A stretch of 64,000 bases of DNA from a virus (Duplodnaviria; Caudoviricetes): positions 2,243-66,242 of the IMG/VR virus record IMGVR_UViG_3300046167_000709, one strand, 5' to 3'. Below, one piece after another: positions 47,561 through 56,002 of the stretch. Each line of letters starts with the position of its first letter. Position 1 is the first letter of the stretch. Below the pieces are notes generated by a model. The model was given only the letters and a program-made list of their open reading frames with translations. It was not told the DNA's origin and searched no databases. The position numbers and the translations under genes are program-made.

Positions 47561-47722
47561 TAAATAATAATAATACTAAAATTAAAACTATGCAATTAAT
47601 AAACTACATCGATTTCACTTCAATATGTGAAGATAACAATTTAAAATATGGCGACTTGTCACCAAAACAACATATTGAATTAGAAATAATATTACAACAA
47701 TTTATAAATCAAAATAAATAAT

Positions 47723-47764
47723 TACAAACAAAATACGATATGTATTGGATAATAATAATGTAAC
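47723..47764 (+). promoter_or_regulatory. Early promoter-like repeat, copy 3
   Basis: TACAAACAAAATACGA-TATGTATT-GGATAATAATAATGTAAC. Confidence 0.75.
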
Positions 47765-47796
47765 TAATAAATAATAATAACTAAAATATAATAACT

Positions 47797-48024
47797 ATGT
47801 CAAATTTACAATCAAAACGATTCGTCGTCAGAAAATCTTTAATCGGAAAAAATCAAATTATCGAAGTAACTTTCAAATCAGGTAAAACTTTTACTTACAA
47901 TCATGATATTGTATATGAACTAATGAAAGATAAATTAAATTCTATGAACTGTTTCGAAAAGTATAAATCTTATACATCGTCCACTTCAGTTCCAGTAATT
48001 CTTCGTGACAAAGTAGTAATATAA
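47797..48024 (+). CDS. Hypothetical early protein
   Basis: 75-aa ORF after repeat 3 with an AATAACTATG leader. Confidence 0.7.
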   Translation: MSNLQSKRFVVRKSLIGKNQIIEVTFKSGKTFTYNHDIVYELMKDKLNSMNCFEKYKSYTSSTSVPVILRDKVVI

Positions 48025-48272
48025 TACTACTTGTCATGACAAACTGTCACATCGAGTGTCATACTCTAACTATAAAAATAACTAATAAACTTTTATACAC
48101 CTATAAAAATAACTTATATGAGAAAATTCTTTCACACTATTGTACTCAAAATCAGTAACTTTAAAGTATCTGACTATGTAGAAATTGGTTTCGCTCCGAA
48201 TGAAACTAAGTGGTAATTCAAAATGGTGACTATCCGAACCATGAAGTGGGCACTCAAACTGGATAGGAAATC

Positions 48273-48316
48273 TGAAGTAATGGTTAATGTGAGTTCGATT
48301 CTCACTGCTTCAACTA
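48273..48316 (+). ncRNA. tRNA-derived minihelix-like RNA (acceptor stem plus T-arm only)
   Basis: TGAAGTA-ATGGTTAAT-GTGAG-TTCGATT-CTCAC-TGCTTCA-A-CTA: 7-bp acceptor stem, canonical T-arm, no D or anticodon arm. Confidence 0.55.
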
Positions 48317-48354
48317 CAAACAAAATACGATTATCTTTGGATAATATAATAAAC
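48315..48354 (+). promoter_or_regulatory. Early promoter-like repeat, copy 4
   Basis: TACAAACAAAATACGA-TTATCTTT-GGATAATATAATAAAC. Confidence 0.75.
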
Positions 48355-48512
48355 TAATAATAACTAATAAAATTAAATACTATGTCAAACTATTCTTACA
48401 CACTATACAAAATAAGTATGCGAATATACAAAAAATGTTACTCTAAATTAACTGAAAAACAAAAATCTGAAGTACTAGATATATACTACGACTTCTACTA
48501 AACTAAATAACT

Positions 48513-48725
48513 ATGCGAATAATTAAACACTTTAACCCACACTTTCCAGAGCGTGAAACTTACAAATGTACTATACGATACACTACTAAGTTCGGTTCGC
48601 TCGATGAAGTAAATCAGTGGCGAGATGACCAACTAAAAAACGAAGACTATTACAAATCGCTTGAAGAATCAAATAACAAAGCGGCAGGTGTATTCTACCA
48701 AACATTAACTTATAAAGGCGATTAA
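48513..48725 (+). CDS. Hypothetical early protein
   Basis: 70-aa ORF with TAAATAACTATG leader. Confidence 0.6.
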   Translation: MRIIKHFNPHFPERETYKCTIRYTTKFGSLDEVNQWRDDQLKNEDYYKSLEESNNKAAGVFYQTLTYKGD

Positions 48726-48905
48726 TATGAAATATATAACAATACTAGATTTCTCAACGGGACATGTACACCAATATGAAATACAAGAAGACCAATATGA
48801 AGGAATCAAGACTTAAGATTTCATAATATCTAAAGGTTTTAGCTTAAGTAATATTGAGTGGATGAGTCACACTATGATAAAACAATATACTAACAAAAAA
48901 CTCAG

Positions 48906-49127
48906 ATGAATATGAAGAAAAATTTAAGAAACGTAGTATTTACTACAATGATAGGACTATGCACTTTTCAAATAGGTGTGATATGGAAACAAAATCAAGT
49001 CAATCAAGTAAACGAATGGCGAGAGTCTATAGTAGAATCTTATATTCTACGAACAGATGACGGTACAATGCTCGGATATAATATCAATATTCTTGACGAC
49101 GAAAGACTTTTCACTTATGAAGACTAA
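48906..49127 (+). CDS. Small membrane-anchored early protein
   Basis: N-terminal hydrophobic stretch VVFTTMIGLCTFQIGVIW. Confidence 0.55.
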   Translation: MNMKKNLRNVVFTTMIGLCTFQIGVIWKQNQVNQVNEWRESIVESYILRTDDGTMLGYNINILDDERLFTYED

Positions 49128-49251
49128 GAAAACTAAGCGTAAATTTAGTCACCATAAGATTAAATTAACAGAGATAGAAGCAATCGAGCGCGAATGGGCG
49201 ATGAGATATAACTCTGAAATACCAAAGTGGCAACAAGAAATGTACACTTAA

Positions 49252-49293
49252 TACAAACAAAATACGATTATCTTTGGATAATAATAATGTAAC
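49252..49293 (+). promoter_or_regulatory. Early promoter-like repeat, copy 5
   Basis: TACAAACAAAATACGA-TTATCTTT-GGATAATAATAATGTAAC. Confidence 0.75.
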
Positions 49294-49309
49294 AACTAAA
49301 TAATATACT

Positions 49310-50440
49310 ATGAAAAAAATTAAATTTATCAACTCGACAACTATCAGGTTTGATGGCCAAGATTACAAAGGTTATCCTGTCGGCGAGTTACCAAAACGCT
49401 TTGCGTTTATCTACAACGAAGACAAAGACCAAGAAGGTATCACTGAGTGGTTCAACTACAAAGGTCTAACTTTTGTCGAGTATAACCCTTCAATCTGGTC
49501 TTATGTCTAGTCCTAAAAATATGAAGGAAGCGTGTCAAGCTATGATAGACTCGAGAAGAAATCGTGCAAGAGGGCATAGACTCAAGCACCAACACGAGGT
49601 GTGTAGCGGACTGACTGATAAAGAGTGGAACGCCGTGGTTACAAGGCAGAAAAGCTCTTTCGCTAAAGGCAAGTCGTTCGCTTACACTGCTCGATGGAAT
49701 GATTACAAAGTAAACTATAAAAAAATAAAACTATGAAACTAATAGAAGTAAACAAAAACGGAACATCTACGTTCTTATTAAATGACGGGCGTAAAATAAA
49801 GTCATATCAATCAGGTTATGTAAGAATTGAAACCTCTTATCTTGATCGACTATATCAAATAAACAAAAGAATTGAAGTTAGAGACGAATACTGGACAGGT
49901 TATTGGCATGGTAAAGGCTATACTGATAGAGTTGTAAGCAACTACAAGCGTATACTAATACCAAACGAGATCGACAGGTTGCAATATATTATTAACTGGG
50001 TAAAGAAAAATGTAAAATGACAGAAAAAATAAAAGACTTTGTAGAACACGAGTTAAAAATGTTAGACAAAGGTATCGTGGCAACTCCACAAGATAGAGAG
50101 TATCTAGAATCTTTTGCTAAAGCAAACCAAGGATCTATGGATATACTACTAATGCAAATGAGTATTAACTTTGGCTATAAAATAGCTTTAGAAAACATGA
50201 AAGACAGATTTTATGAGTAAAATGAACGAAATAGATGAGATAGCTCAGTATCAAGCTGATGTTATACTAGAAACCCTGAAAGAACAGGTGGAATGGTCCA
50301 TAGCGGACTATGATGTAAACGGTGATGACTATTATAATCTAAGAGATTACACTGTCTACCAAACTGTAATTAAATTACTAGAACAAGTGGATCTTGTAGA
50401 TGTTGATAATTACAAACAAAATACGATTATCTCTGGATAA
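49310..50440 (+). other. Operon of five small hypothetical early ORFs (49310-49510, ~49503-49736, 49733-50020, 50017-50220, 50213-50440)
   Basis: Overlapping start/stop coupling, downstream of repeat 5. Confidence 0.65.
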
Positions 50441-50452
50441 TATATATGTAAC
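50411..50452 (+). promoter_or_regulatory. Early promoter-like repeat, copy 6
   Basis: TACAAACAAAATACGA-TTATCTCT-GGATAATATATATGTAAC. Confidence 0.75.
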
Positions 50453-50470
50453 AAATAAAAATAATAAACT

Positions 50471-50659
50471 ATGTATTGTAAATGTGGAAATGAAGTACAC
50501 CCTGTGAGGTTGGAATTAGGTTATAAAACGTGTGTTGAGCACTCGACAACTCAAACATATTCGTATGTACCTATTATCGAGCACAAAACAGGTAATACAA
50601 TACAAATTGTCAGCCAAGAAGTAAGTGCATCTGTGCACAGAGCTTGGCGGCGTAAATAG
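50471..50659 (+). CDS. Small Zn-finger protein (DksA/TraR-like C4 variant)
   Basis: MYCKCGNEVHPVRLELGYKTCVEHS resembles the CxxCG..I...RL......C..C pattern. Confidence 0.55.
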   Translation: MYCKCGNEVHPVRLELGYKTCVEHSTTQTYSYVPIIEHKTGNTIQIVSQEVSASVHRAWRRK

Positions 50660-50677
50660 CTAGATAAATCTAGCGGC

Positions 50678-50763
50678 AACTAGGTATGGATGCAACAGGA
50701 GTTATTAAATTAACCAGAGTTCATTACTGCGACGGCATGAGAGTTCGATTCTCTCACTAGTTA
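50678..50763 (+). ncRNA. Degenerate tRNA-like RNA (acceptor stem, T-arm and variable-arm-like hairpin; no canonical D/anticodon arm)
   Basis: AACTAG...CTAGTT-A closing stem; GAGAG-TTCGATT-CTCTC T-arm preceded by TGC-GACG-GCA. Confidence 0.5.
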
Positions 50764-50769
50764 CAAATC

Positions 50770-50848
50770 GTACAGTATCACGGGTTGCAGAGTAATTAAC
50801 TGCATGCACGGTGGAAGTCCGATCGCATAAATGCGGAGATAACTGTAC
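50770..50848 (+). ncRNA. Unassigned ~79-nt multi-branch structured RNA
   Basis: GTACAGT/ACTGTAC closing stem enclosing three hairpins (TGCAG/CTGCA, CGG-TGGAAGT-CCG, CGCA-TAAA-TGCG). Confidence 0.5.
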
Positions 50849-50853
50849 TTTTT

Positions 50854-50934
50854 GGGGGTGATTTGGTTTTGACGTGATAGAAAGCCTATATGGAACTATT
50901 ACGGAAGACAGTTCGAATCTGTCCACCTCCACTA
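50854..50934 (+). ncRNA. Mini-tmRNA: tmRNA tRNA-like domain without the mRNA-like domain
   Basis: 5' GGGGGTGATTTGGTTTTGAC (ssrA-type start); acceptor GGGGGTG/CACCTCC with G3-U and discriminator A; 8-bp CGTGATAG/CTATTACG helix; T-arm GACAG-TTCGAAT-CTGTC. Confidence 0.72.
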
Positions 50935-50947
50935 AAACAAATAAATT

Positions 50948-51202
50948 ATGGAAATTAAAGAAAAAGATTTAATAACTCTAGGTTTCGAGCGAACTGACGT
51001 GTCTGAGAAAGAATCTGGTGCTAATTCGTTTTATTATTATACATTAGATTTTGGTGAAAATAAAGTTGTAAGTCTTATTAGCTCAAGCAATGACGAAGTT
51101 GTGGACGATAATTGGGATTTATCAATATTTGAAGACGATAGTTTAGCAATAAAAAAGCTAGAAGATTTAATTAGTTTTATAACTATAATGAAAAAAAATT
51201 AA
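50948..51202 (+). CDS. Hypothetical acidic early protein
   Basis: 84-aa ORF with AT-rich leader. Confidence 0.65.
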   Translation: MEIKEKDLITLGFERTDVSEKESGANSFYYYTLDFGENKVVSLISSSNDEVVDDNWDLSIFEDDSLAIKKLEDLISFITIMKKN

Positions 51203-51221
51203 TTCAAAAGAGAAATAAATT

Positions 51222-51467
51222 ATGAGTGAATACAACGGATGGACAAACTACGCCACATGGCGTGTAAATTTAGAAATATTAAGCGACATAGAGTTTGAGA
51301 ACAAAACGTCGGTAGATGACCTAAAAGAAATAGTAGAAGACTGTGTATTTAACAATACAGTGGAAAAAGATTGTTTAGCAGCGGATTACGCTAGAGCTTT
51401 TGTATCTGAGGTTAATTTCTACGAAATAGCTCAGAGTATTAACGAAGAATTAGAATTACAATCATAA
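51222..51467 (+). CDS. Conserved small phage protein (YNGWTNYATW motif)
   Basis: MSEYNGWTNYATWRVNL...VNFYEIA. Confidence 0.7.
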   Translation: MSEYNGWTNYATWRVNLEILSDIEFENKTSVDDLKEIVEDCVFNNTVEKDCLAADYARAFVSEVNFYEIAQSINEELELQS

Positions 51468-51498
51468 TACGACGACTATTGGATAATATTAATGTAAC
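51457..51498 (+). promoter_or_regulatory. Early promoter-like repeat, copy 7
   Basis: TACAATCATAATACGA-CGACTATT-GGATAATATTAATGTAAC. Confidence 0.7.
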
Positions 51499-51810
51499 AA
51501 ATAAAAAATTATAACTATGAAAATCAAAGGATTAACAGAACAAGACTGTGCTTTTGTGTACTATGTCTTGCGAGACTGGTCACAAAACCATGAAAATTAT
51601 GACGAACAAGATGTAGATGATGTCTACCAAATTGCTAAAAAATTTAAAACTTACTAAATATGAAATACCTTTATCAAGAGTTAGACAGCTTACTAAGTAC
51701 TATTATGTACTCAGACGAAGGCGGTTTAGATGATCTATATGATGATCTATACTTCGAAGACATTTTAGAAACATGTAAAGAAATTGCAAAATATATAGAA
51801 GAATAAACAT

Positions 51811-53064
51811 ATGAGATCAAATTTATTATCTCGGCTAAAGCCCGAGTTTAAAAAAGGCTTGGAAGACAACAAGGTTAGATATCCTGATATGACTAACGAT
51901 ATTGAGTTCTTACTTACTCAATTATTTTACTACGACGACTTAACTGTTCGTCAAGTGTTAAACATTTTTGTGTTCTCTGACATGGAGTACCTTGACAGAA
52001 AAAGCTTTCGACTGGCGTTATGGTGAAGACGTATTCGAAATTGAAAACAATGTAGCATAATGGCTATGTGCGAATTGACGCTTGCAGATATTAAGAATAG
52101 AGCAAGCAATAAAGCTTTTGCAAAAGTTACAATATTAACTTTAGATATTGAAACTTACAAGAAAGACTTGAGAACAGGTAATATCGGAGGTGTTACGTAC
52201 GAGGAGTTTGAGCAAATAGTAGAAGGTTATAAAAAAGAACTACAAGTATGGAATTACATTACAGAATTAATAGAAAAACAATAACATGAGTAAAAAACTA
52301 ATCACAGACGAACTAATTAACGAAAGACTAGAAGCTAAAGGCTTCGGTGAAAAGCAGATTAATGACGAAGATCTAGCTAAAGAATCAGTATTAAAACATT
52401 TTGGTGTAGAATTTACAGATGACTATTCTAGCAACGCAGACTTTTATATATACGAAGAGTCAACAGCTGATGGCTACTCAGTGTTTATAGCTACGTATGA
52501 CCAGAATTCTATTAATATAAACGAAAACGTATACTATTATGACAGCGATCTAGGCGACGCTCTTGAAGAACATATTAGATATTCTAACGGCGACGAAGAA
52601 TACCCAGAAATTATATATGTAGATGATCTTCACCAGCAATTCATTGACGATGCTATCAACCAGTTATTCGAGTATCTAGCTGAAAGATTCGAAGAAGAAG
52701 TTATAGACGAGCTAAAAGACGAAGGGTATGTATATGATGAACCTACACCTAAAACAACAGCAGAATTAATAAACGAAGTAAATAATATATTAAACTAATT
52801 ATGACAGAGACAGAACAAAAATTACCAAATTGGTTTAACGGTTCTTTATACAAGACAGGTGAATCAGTTAAAAATCCTTTCAGTGGAGAGGTGTATGAAT
52901 TAAACAATGTAGAGTTAAGTATGTATGACTTTTTAGTCGGATGTGCTACATTATTTGAAAGATCATCTAACAGAGTTAACGACAATATGATAAGAGATTA
53001 TGAAAAAGGTATCAGATGGTTTAGGCAAAATAACCCTGAAGCTTACATGGCTCTACTAGATTAA
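51811..53064 (+). other. Run of small hypothetical ORFs (51811-~52060, 52060-52284, 52286-52798 very acidic, 52801-53064)
   Basis: Closely packed plus-strand ORFs from the ORF track. Confidence 0.65.
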
Positions 53065-53065
53065 T

Positions 53066-53105
53066 TACAAACTAAATACGATTAACATCGGATAATAATA
53101 ATAAC
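53066..53105 (+). promoter_or_regulatory. Early promoter-like repeat, copy 8
   Basis: TACAAACTAAATACGA-TTAACATC-GGATAATAATAATAAC. Confidence 0.72.
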
Positions 53106-53123
53106 AATTAAATTAAATAACTT

Positions 53124-53357
53124 ATGAACAAATTAATTTTACCAATGCAGACTGTAGAAGTCAACTCAACCGCTATACAAAAGGCTGATTATGAGTATGA
53201 TAGCTATAAACTAACCTTGACGTATACAAACGGTAGTTCTTACAGCTATACTAAAGTTCCAAACTTTGTATTCGAAGGCTTGAGATTATCTCAATCTAAA
53301 GGCAAGTTTATTAACAAGCACGTACTATCAACTTATAACTATAGAAGAGTATCATAA
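53124..53357 (+). CDS. KTSC-domain protein
   Basis: VNSTAIQKADY...LTLTYTNGSSYSYTKVP...SQSKGKFINKHV. Confidence 0.85.
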   Translation: MNKLILPMQTVEVNSTAIQKADYEYDSYKLTLTYTNGSSYSYTKVPNFVFEGLRLSQSKGKFINKHVLSTYNYRRVS

Positions 53358-53636
53358 ATGACAGATAAAGAAATGAGCAAGTTGGCTGATCTTATTGTAG
53401 ACAAGATAATCGAAAGACAAAAAGCTTATGACGAAGAGTTTAAGGCCGATATTCAATCAATGGTAGATGAAAATACCAATATTGAGTTCGGCACTATAAC
53501 TCAAGACGAGCTTATAATCGAAGAGATTGACAGTCTTCAAGAAACATTAGACAGACTAGAAACAGAAGAAAATTACGAAGCTGCAAGAATCGTAGCAAAT
53601 AAAATTAAACACTTAAAAAACAAATATAAACTATGA
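53358..53636 (+). CDS. Hypothetical protein with UvrB/UvrC-like C-terminal motif
   Basis: EENYEAARIVANKIKHL. Confidence 0.55.
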   Translation: MTDKEMSKLADLIVDKIIERQKAYDEEFKADIQSMVDENTNIEFGTITQDELIIEEIDSLQETLDRLETEENYEAARIVANKIKHLKNKYKL

Positions 53637-54472
53637 TAAAACCAATGCTCGCATACAAAGTAGACAAAAAACCTGTCGACTGGTCCGAGAAAGTATTCAT
53701 ACAACCTAAGCTTGACGGTGTTCGTTGTATATTCACTAAAGACGGTGCATACTCTCGTACAGGTAAAGAATTTAAAAACCTAGCTCACTATTAAGTATGA
53801 TCTAACAGATTTTTTCAGAAAACATCCTAACGTAATACTAGACGGTGAGTTGTATAATCATGCTCTAAAGGACGATTTTGAAAAGATCATATCATTAGTC
53901 AGAAAACAAAAACCGACTGATCAGGACGCGCGTGACGCAGCAGCATCTTGTACAATATCATGTGTATGATGGTATTCACAATATGCTACACGACGTTAAT
54001 TACGAAGATCGTTTTAATTGGCTAACTCGTTACTTGCCTATCGCAGCTACAATGACACTTATTAAAAATACAGTTGTTGATAGCTATGATGAAGCTAAAA
54101 TGTTACACAATGTACACTTAGCTCAAGGTTACGAAGGCTCTATGTTACGTCTTAACAAAAAGTATGAGCATAAACGTTCTTACAATTTGCAGAAGTTCAA
54201 AGACTTCAGTGACACAGAAGCTACTATTGTAGGCTATGAAGCTGGCAAAGGTAAGTTTACAGGTCTTATTGGCAAGTTCTTAATGCTAGATGATGACGGC
54301 AATGAGTTTGGCTGTCCTATTGGTAAAGGTTACAACTTTCGCAGATCGTAAAAATATACTAGACAATATACACGACTATATCGGTCAGCGTGCTACCTTT
54401 ACTTATTTTCAACGAACACAAGCAGGTTCTTACAGACATCCGCTTTTTAAAACATTACGCAATTATGAATAG
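53633..54472 (+). CDS. ATP-dependent DNA ligase (about three frameshifts)
   Basis: Manual reading MIKPMLA...QPKLDGVRC...SRTGK, LDGELY, YHVYD, GYEGSMLR, YEHKRS, GSYRHP across frames. Confidence 0.88.
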
Positions 54473-54671
54473 AGATAAACACATATGGGAAGGCTGGACA
54501 GTCGGTGACTTTATAGACGATATAGAAGTTACATTTAATTATCGATCAAAGTATTCTAACTTTTGGAAATCTAAAGAAGAGCTTAAAAAATGGGTTGCAT
54601 CAGAACAGCCTTATTACAAAAAGCATATACCAGAAGTTTATAACTATTTCTTAAAAAAATCAGGACTATGA
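54465..54671 (+). CDS. Hypothetical protein
   Basis: MNRDKHIWEGWTVGDFI...QPYYKKHIP. Confidence 0.55.
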   Translation: MNRDKHIWEGWTVGDFIDDIEVTFNYRSKYSNFWKSKEELKKWVASEQPYYKKHIPEVYNYFLKKSGL

Positions 54672-54774
54672 GTAAACTTATATGGAAACTATACAATGAA
54701 AATATGATAAGTGAAGAGGTTGTACATCAACTTCTTGACTGTCATTACAACAGAGTTAATAATAAAAAATACTA

Positions 54775-55249
54775 ATGAATATATTTTATTTACACGAAAA
54801 CCCATACTTAGCTGCTACATACTTTTATGATAAGCATAAGGTTAAGATGATACTAGAGTGTGCTCAAATGCTTTGTACAGCTCATCACGTATACGGAAAT
54901 GGTGACAATGTACCTTATAAGAAAGCACATTTAAACCATCCGTCTACAATATGGGCTAGATCAAGTAAGTCAAACTACTATTGGCTATACGATCATATGT
55001 TGAGTATTGGTAAACAATATACTAAGCGATATGGTAAGTATCATCTTAAGTATTGAAAAATGTAGAGAAGCTTTAGCTTTTGCTCCAGCTGGTATGCCTG
55101 ACACTGGTTTTACAGAACCACCACAATGTATGCCTGATGAATATAAAGTTGAAGGCGATAGTGTATCAGCGTATTGGAATTATTATGAAGCTGAAAAAGT
55201 TTCAGTAAGAAACAAAGGTGAAGCTATAATAACAAGACCAAATGGGTAG
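54775..55249 (+). CDS. Pyrimidine-dimer DNA glycosylase-like protein (frameshift near 55045)
   Basis: MNIFYL...DKHKVKMILECAQMLCTAH...HLNHPSTIW...RYGKYH / PPQCMPDEYK...AYWNYY. Confidence 0.75.
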
Positions 55250-55345
55250 AACTAGAGAATTATTTGAACAAATGAGGTTGGAGACAGAAAATGATTATAA
55301 TAATAATCATATTTTTTACCAACAATTAATACCAACCGAGGACTA

Positions 55346-55387
55346 TGACAACAGCCCTCGAATATAAATAGTAATAGGCTTATGTCA
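55346..55387. promoter_or_regulatory. TGACA...TGTCA palindromic site, copy 4, overlapping the ATG of the HTH gene
   Basis: TGACAACAGCCCTCGAATATAAATAGTAATAGGCTTATGTCA. Confidence 0.7.
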
Positions 55388-56002
55388 CACGAAAGAAACC
55401 TTGATTATCTTATCAAGAGACGTATCATATATCGTAGATCACCGATCACAGATCAACCAACAGAGTCGTTTGACTGGGGTGATTACTATGAAGATGGTAC
55501 ATATGAATGCTATGAATTATTTCGTAGCAAAGCTAAGATAACAACATATAAATCTCTTAAGTGGCATATGCTTGTTCTATGGTATTTAAACCCTCAACTA
55601 GATCAAGACGAGTTTCAAGCTTTATTTAAGTATATATGTAACAAGCGCACTGGTTTTATAACATTTAATGTTAATGAATCGTTGCTATACACAATGGTAT
55701 ACGAAGTGAGTATGATGGATCTAGATCAACCACCAAGAAATAAACAACGTAAGATTATCTTCAAAGAGTTTTGTAAACTAACAACTGAAGAAAAATTAAG
55801 TGTTGTAGGTAAAATGGTAGGTAGATCTAAAACAGTACACGAAGATGATATATACCAGTGCATGTTAGATATACACGATATGGGTAAGAAAATAACAATA
55901 GCAAACATAGCTAAATTATTAGATTGCTCAGCTAGAACGATACATAGAAATATGGGTATGGATCTTAAGAAAGAAAAAGAATTACTAAACAAAGAATTAT
56001 GA
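55382..56002 (+). CDS. C-terminal helix-turn-helix DNA-binding protein
   Basis: KITIANIAKLLDCSARTIHRNM HTH. Confidence 0.75.
   Translation: MSHERNLDYLIKRRIIYRRSPITDQPTESFDWGDYYEDGTYECYELFRSKAKITTYKSLKWHMLVLWYLNPQLDQDEFQALFKYICNKRTGFITFNVNESLLYTMVYEVSMMDLDQPPRNKQRKIIFKEFCKLTTEEKLSVVGKMVGRSKTVHEDDIYQCMLDIHDMGKKITIANIAKLLDCSARTIHRNMGMDLKKEKELLNKEL

Noticed and set aside
50678-50763. Canonical tRNA-Leu/Ser gene
   Set aside because: The T-arm and acceptor are plausible, but no 5-bp anticodon stem with a 7-nt loop or proper D-arm can be formed; kept only as tRNA-like.
50705-50932. 75-aa minus-strand ORF
   Set aside because: It is antisense to the structured RNA cluster in an otherwise plus-strand region, so probably a shadow ORF.
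47010-53105. Eight ~40-bp repeats as a CRISPR array or integron attC sites
   Set aside because: Spacing is irregular (about 200-1600 bp) and filled with ORFs; the repeats are non-palindromic with a variable core; no cas or integrase gene is present.
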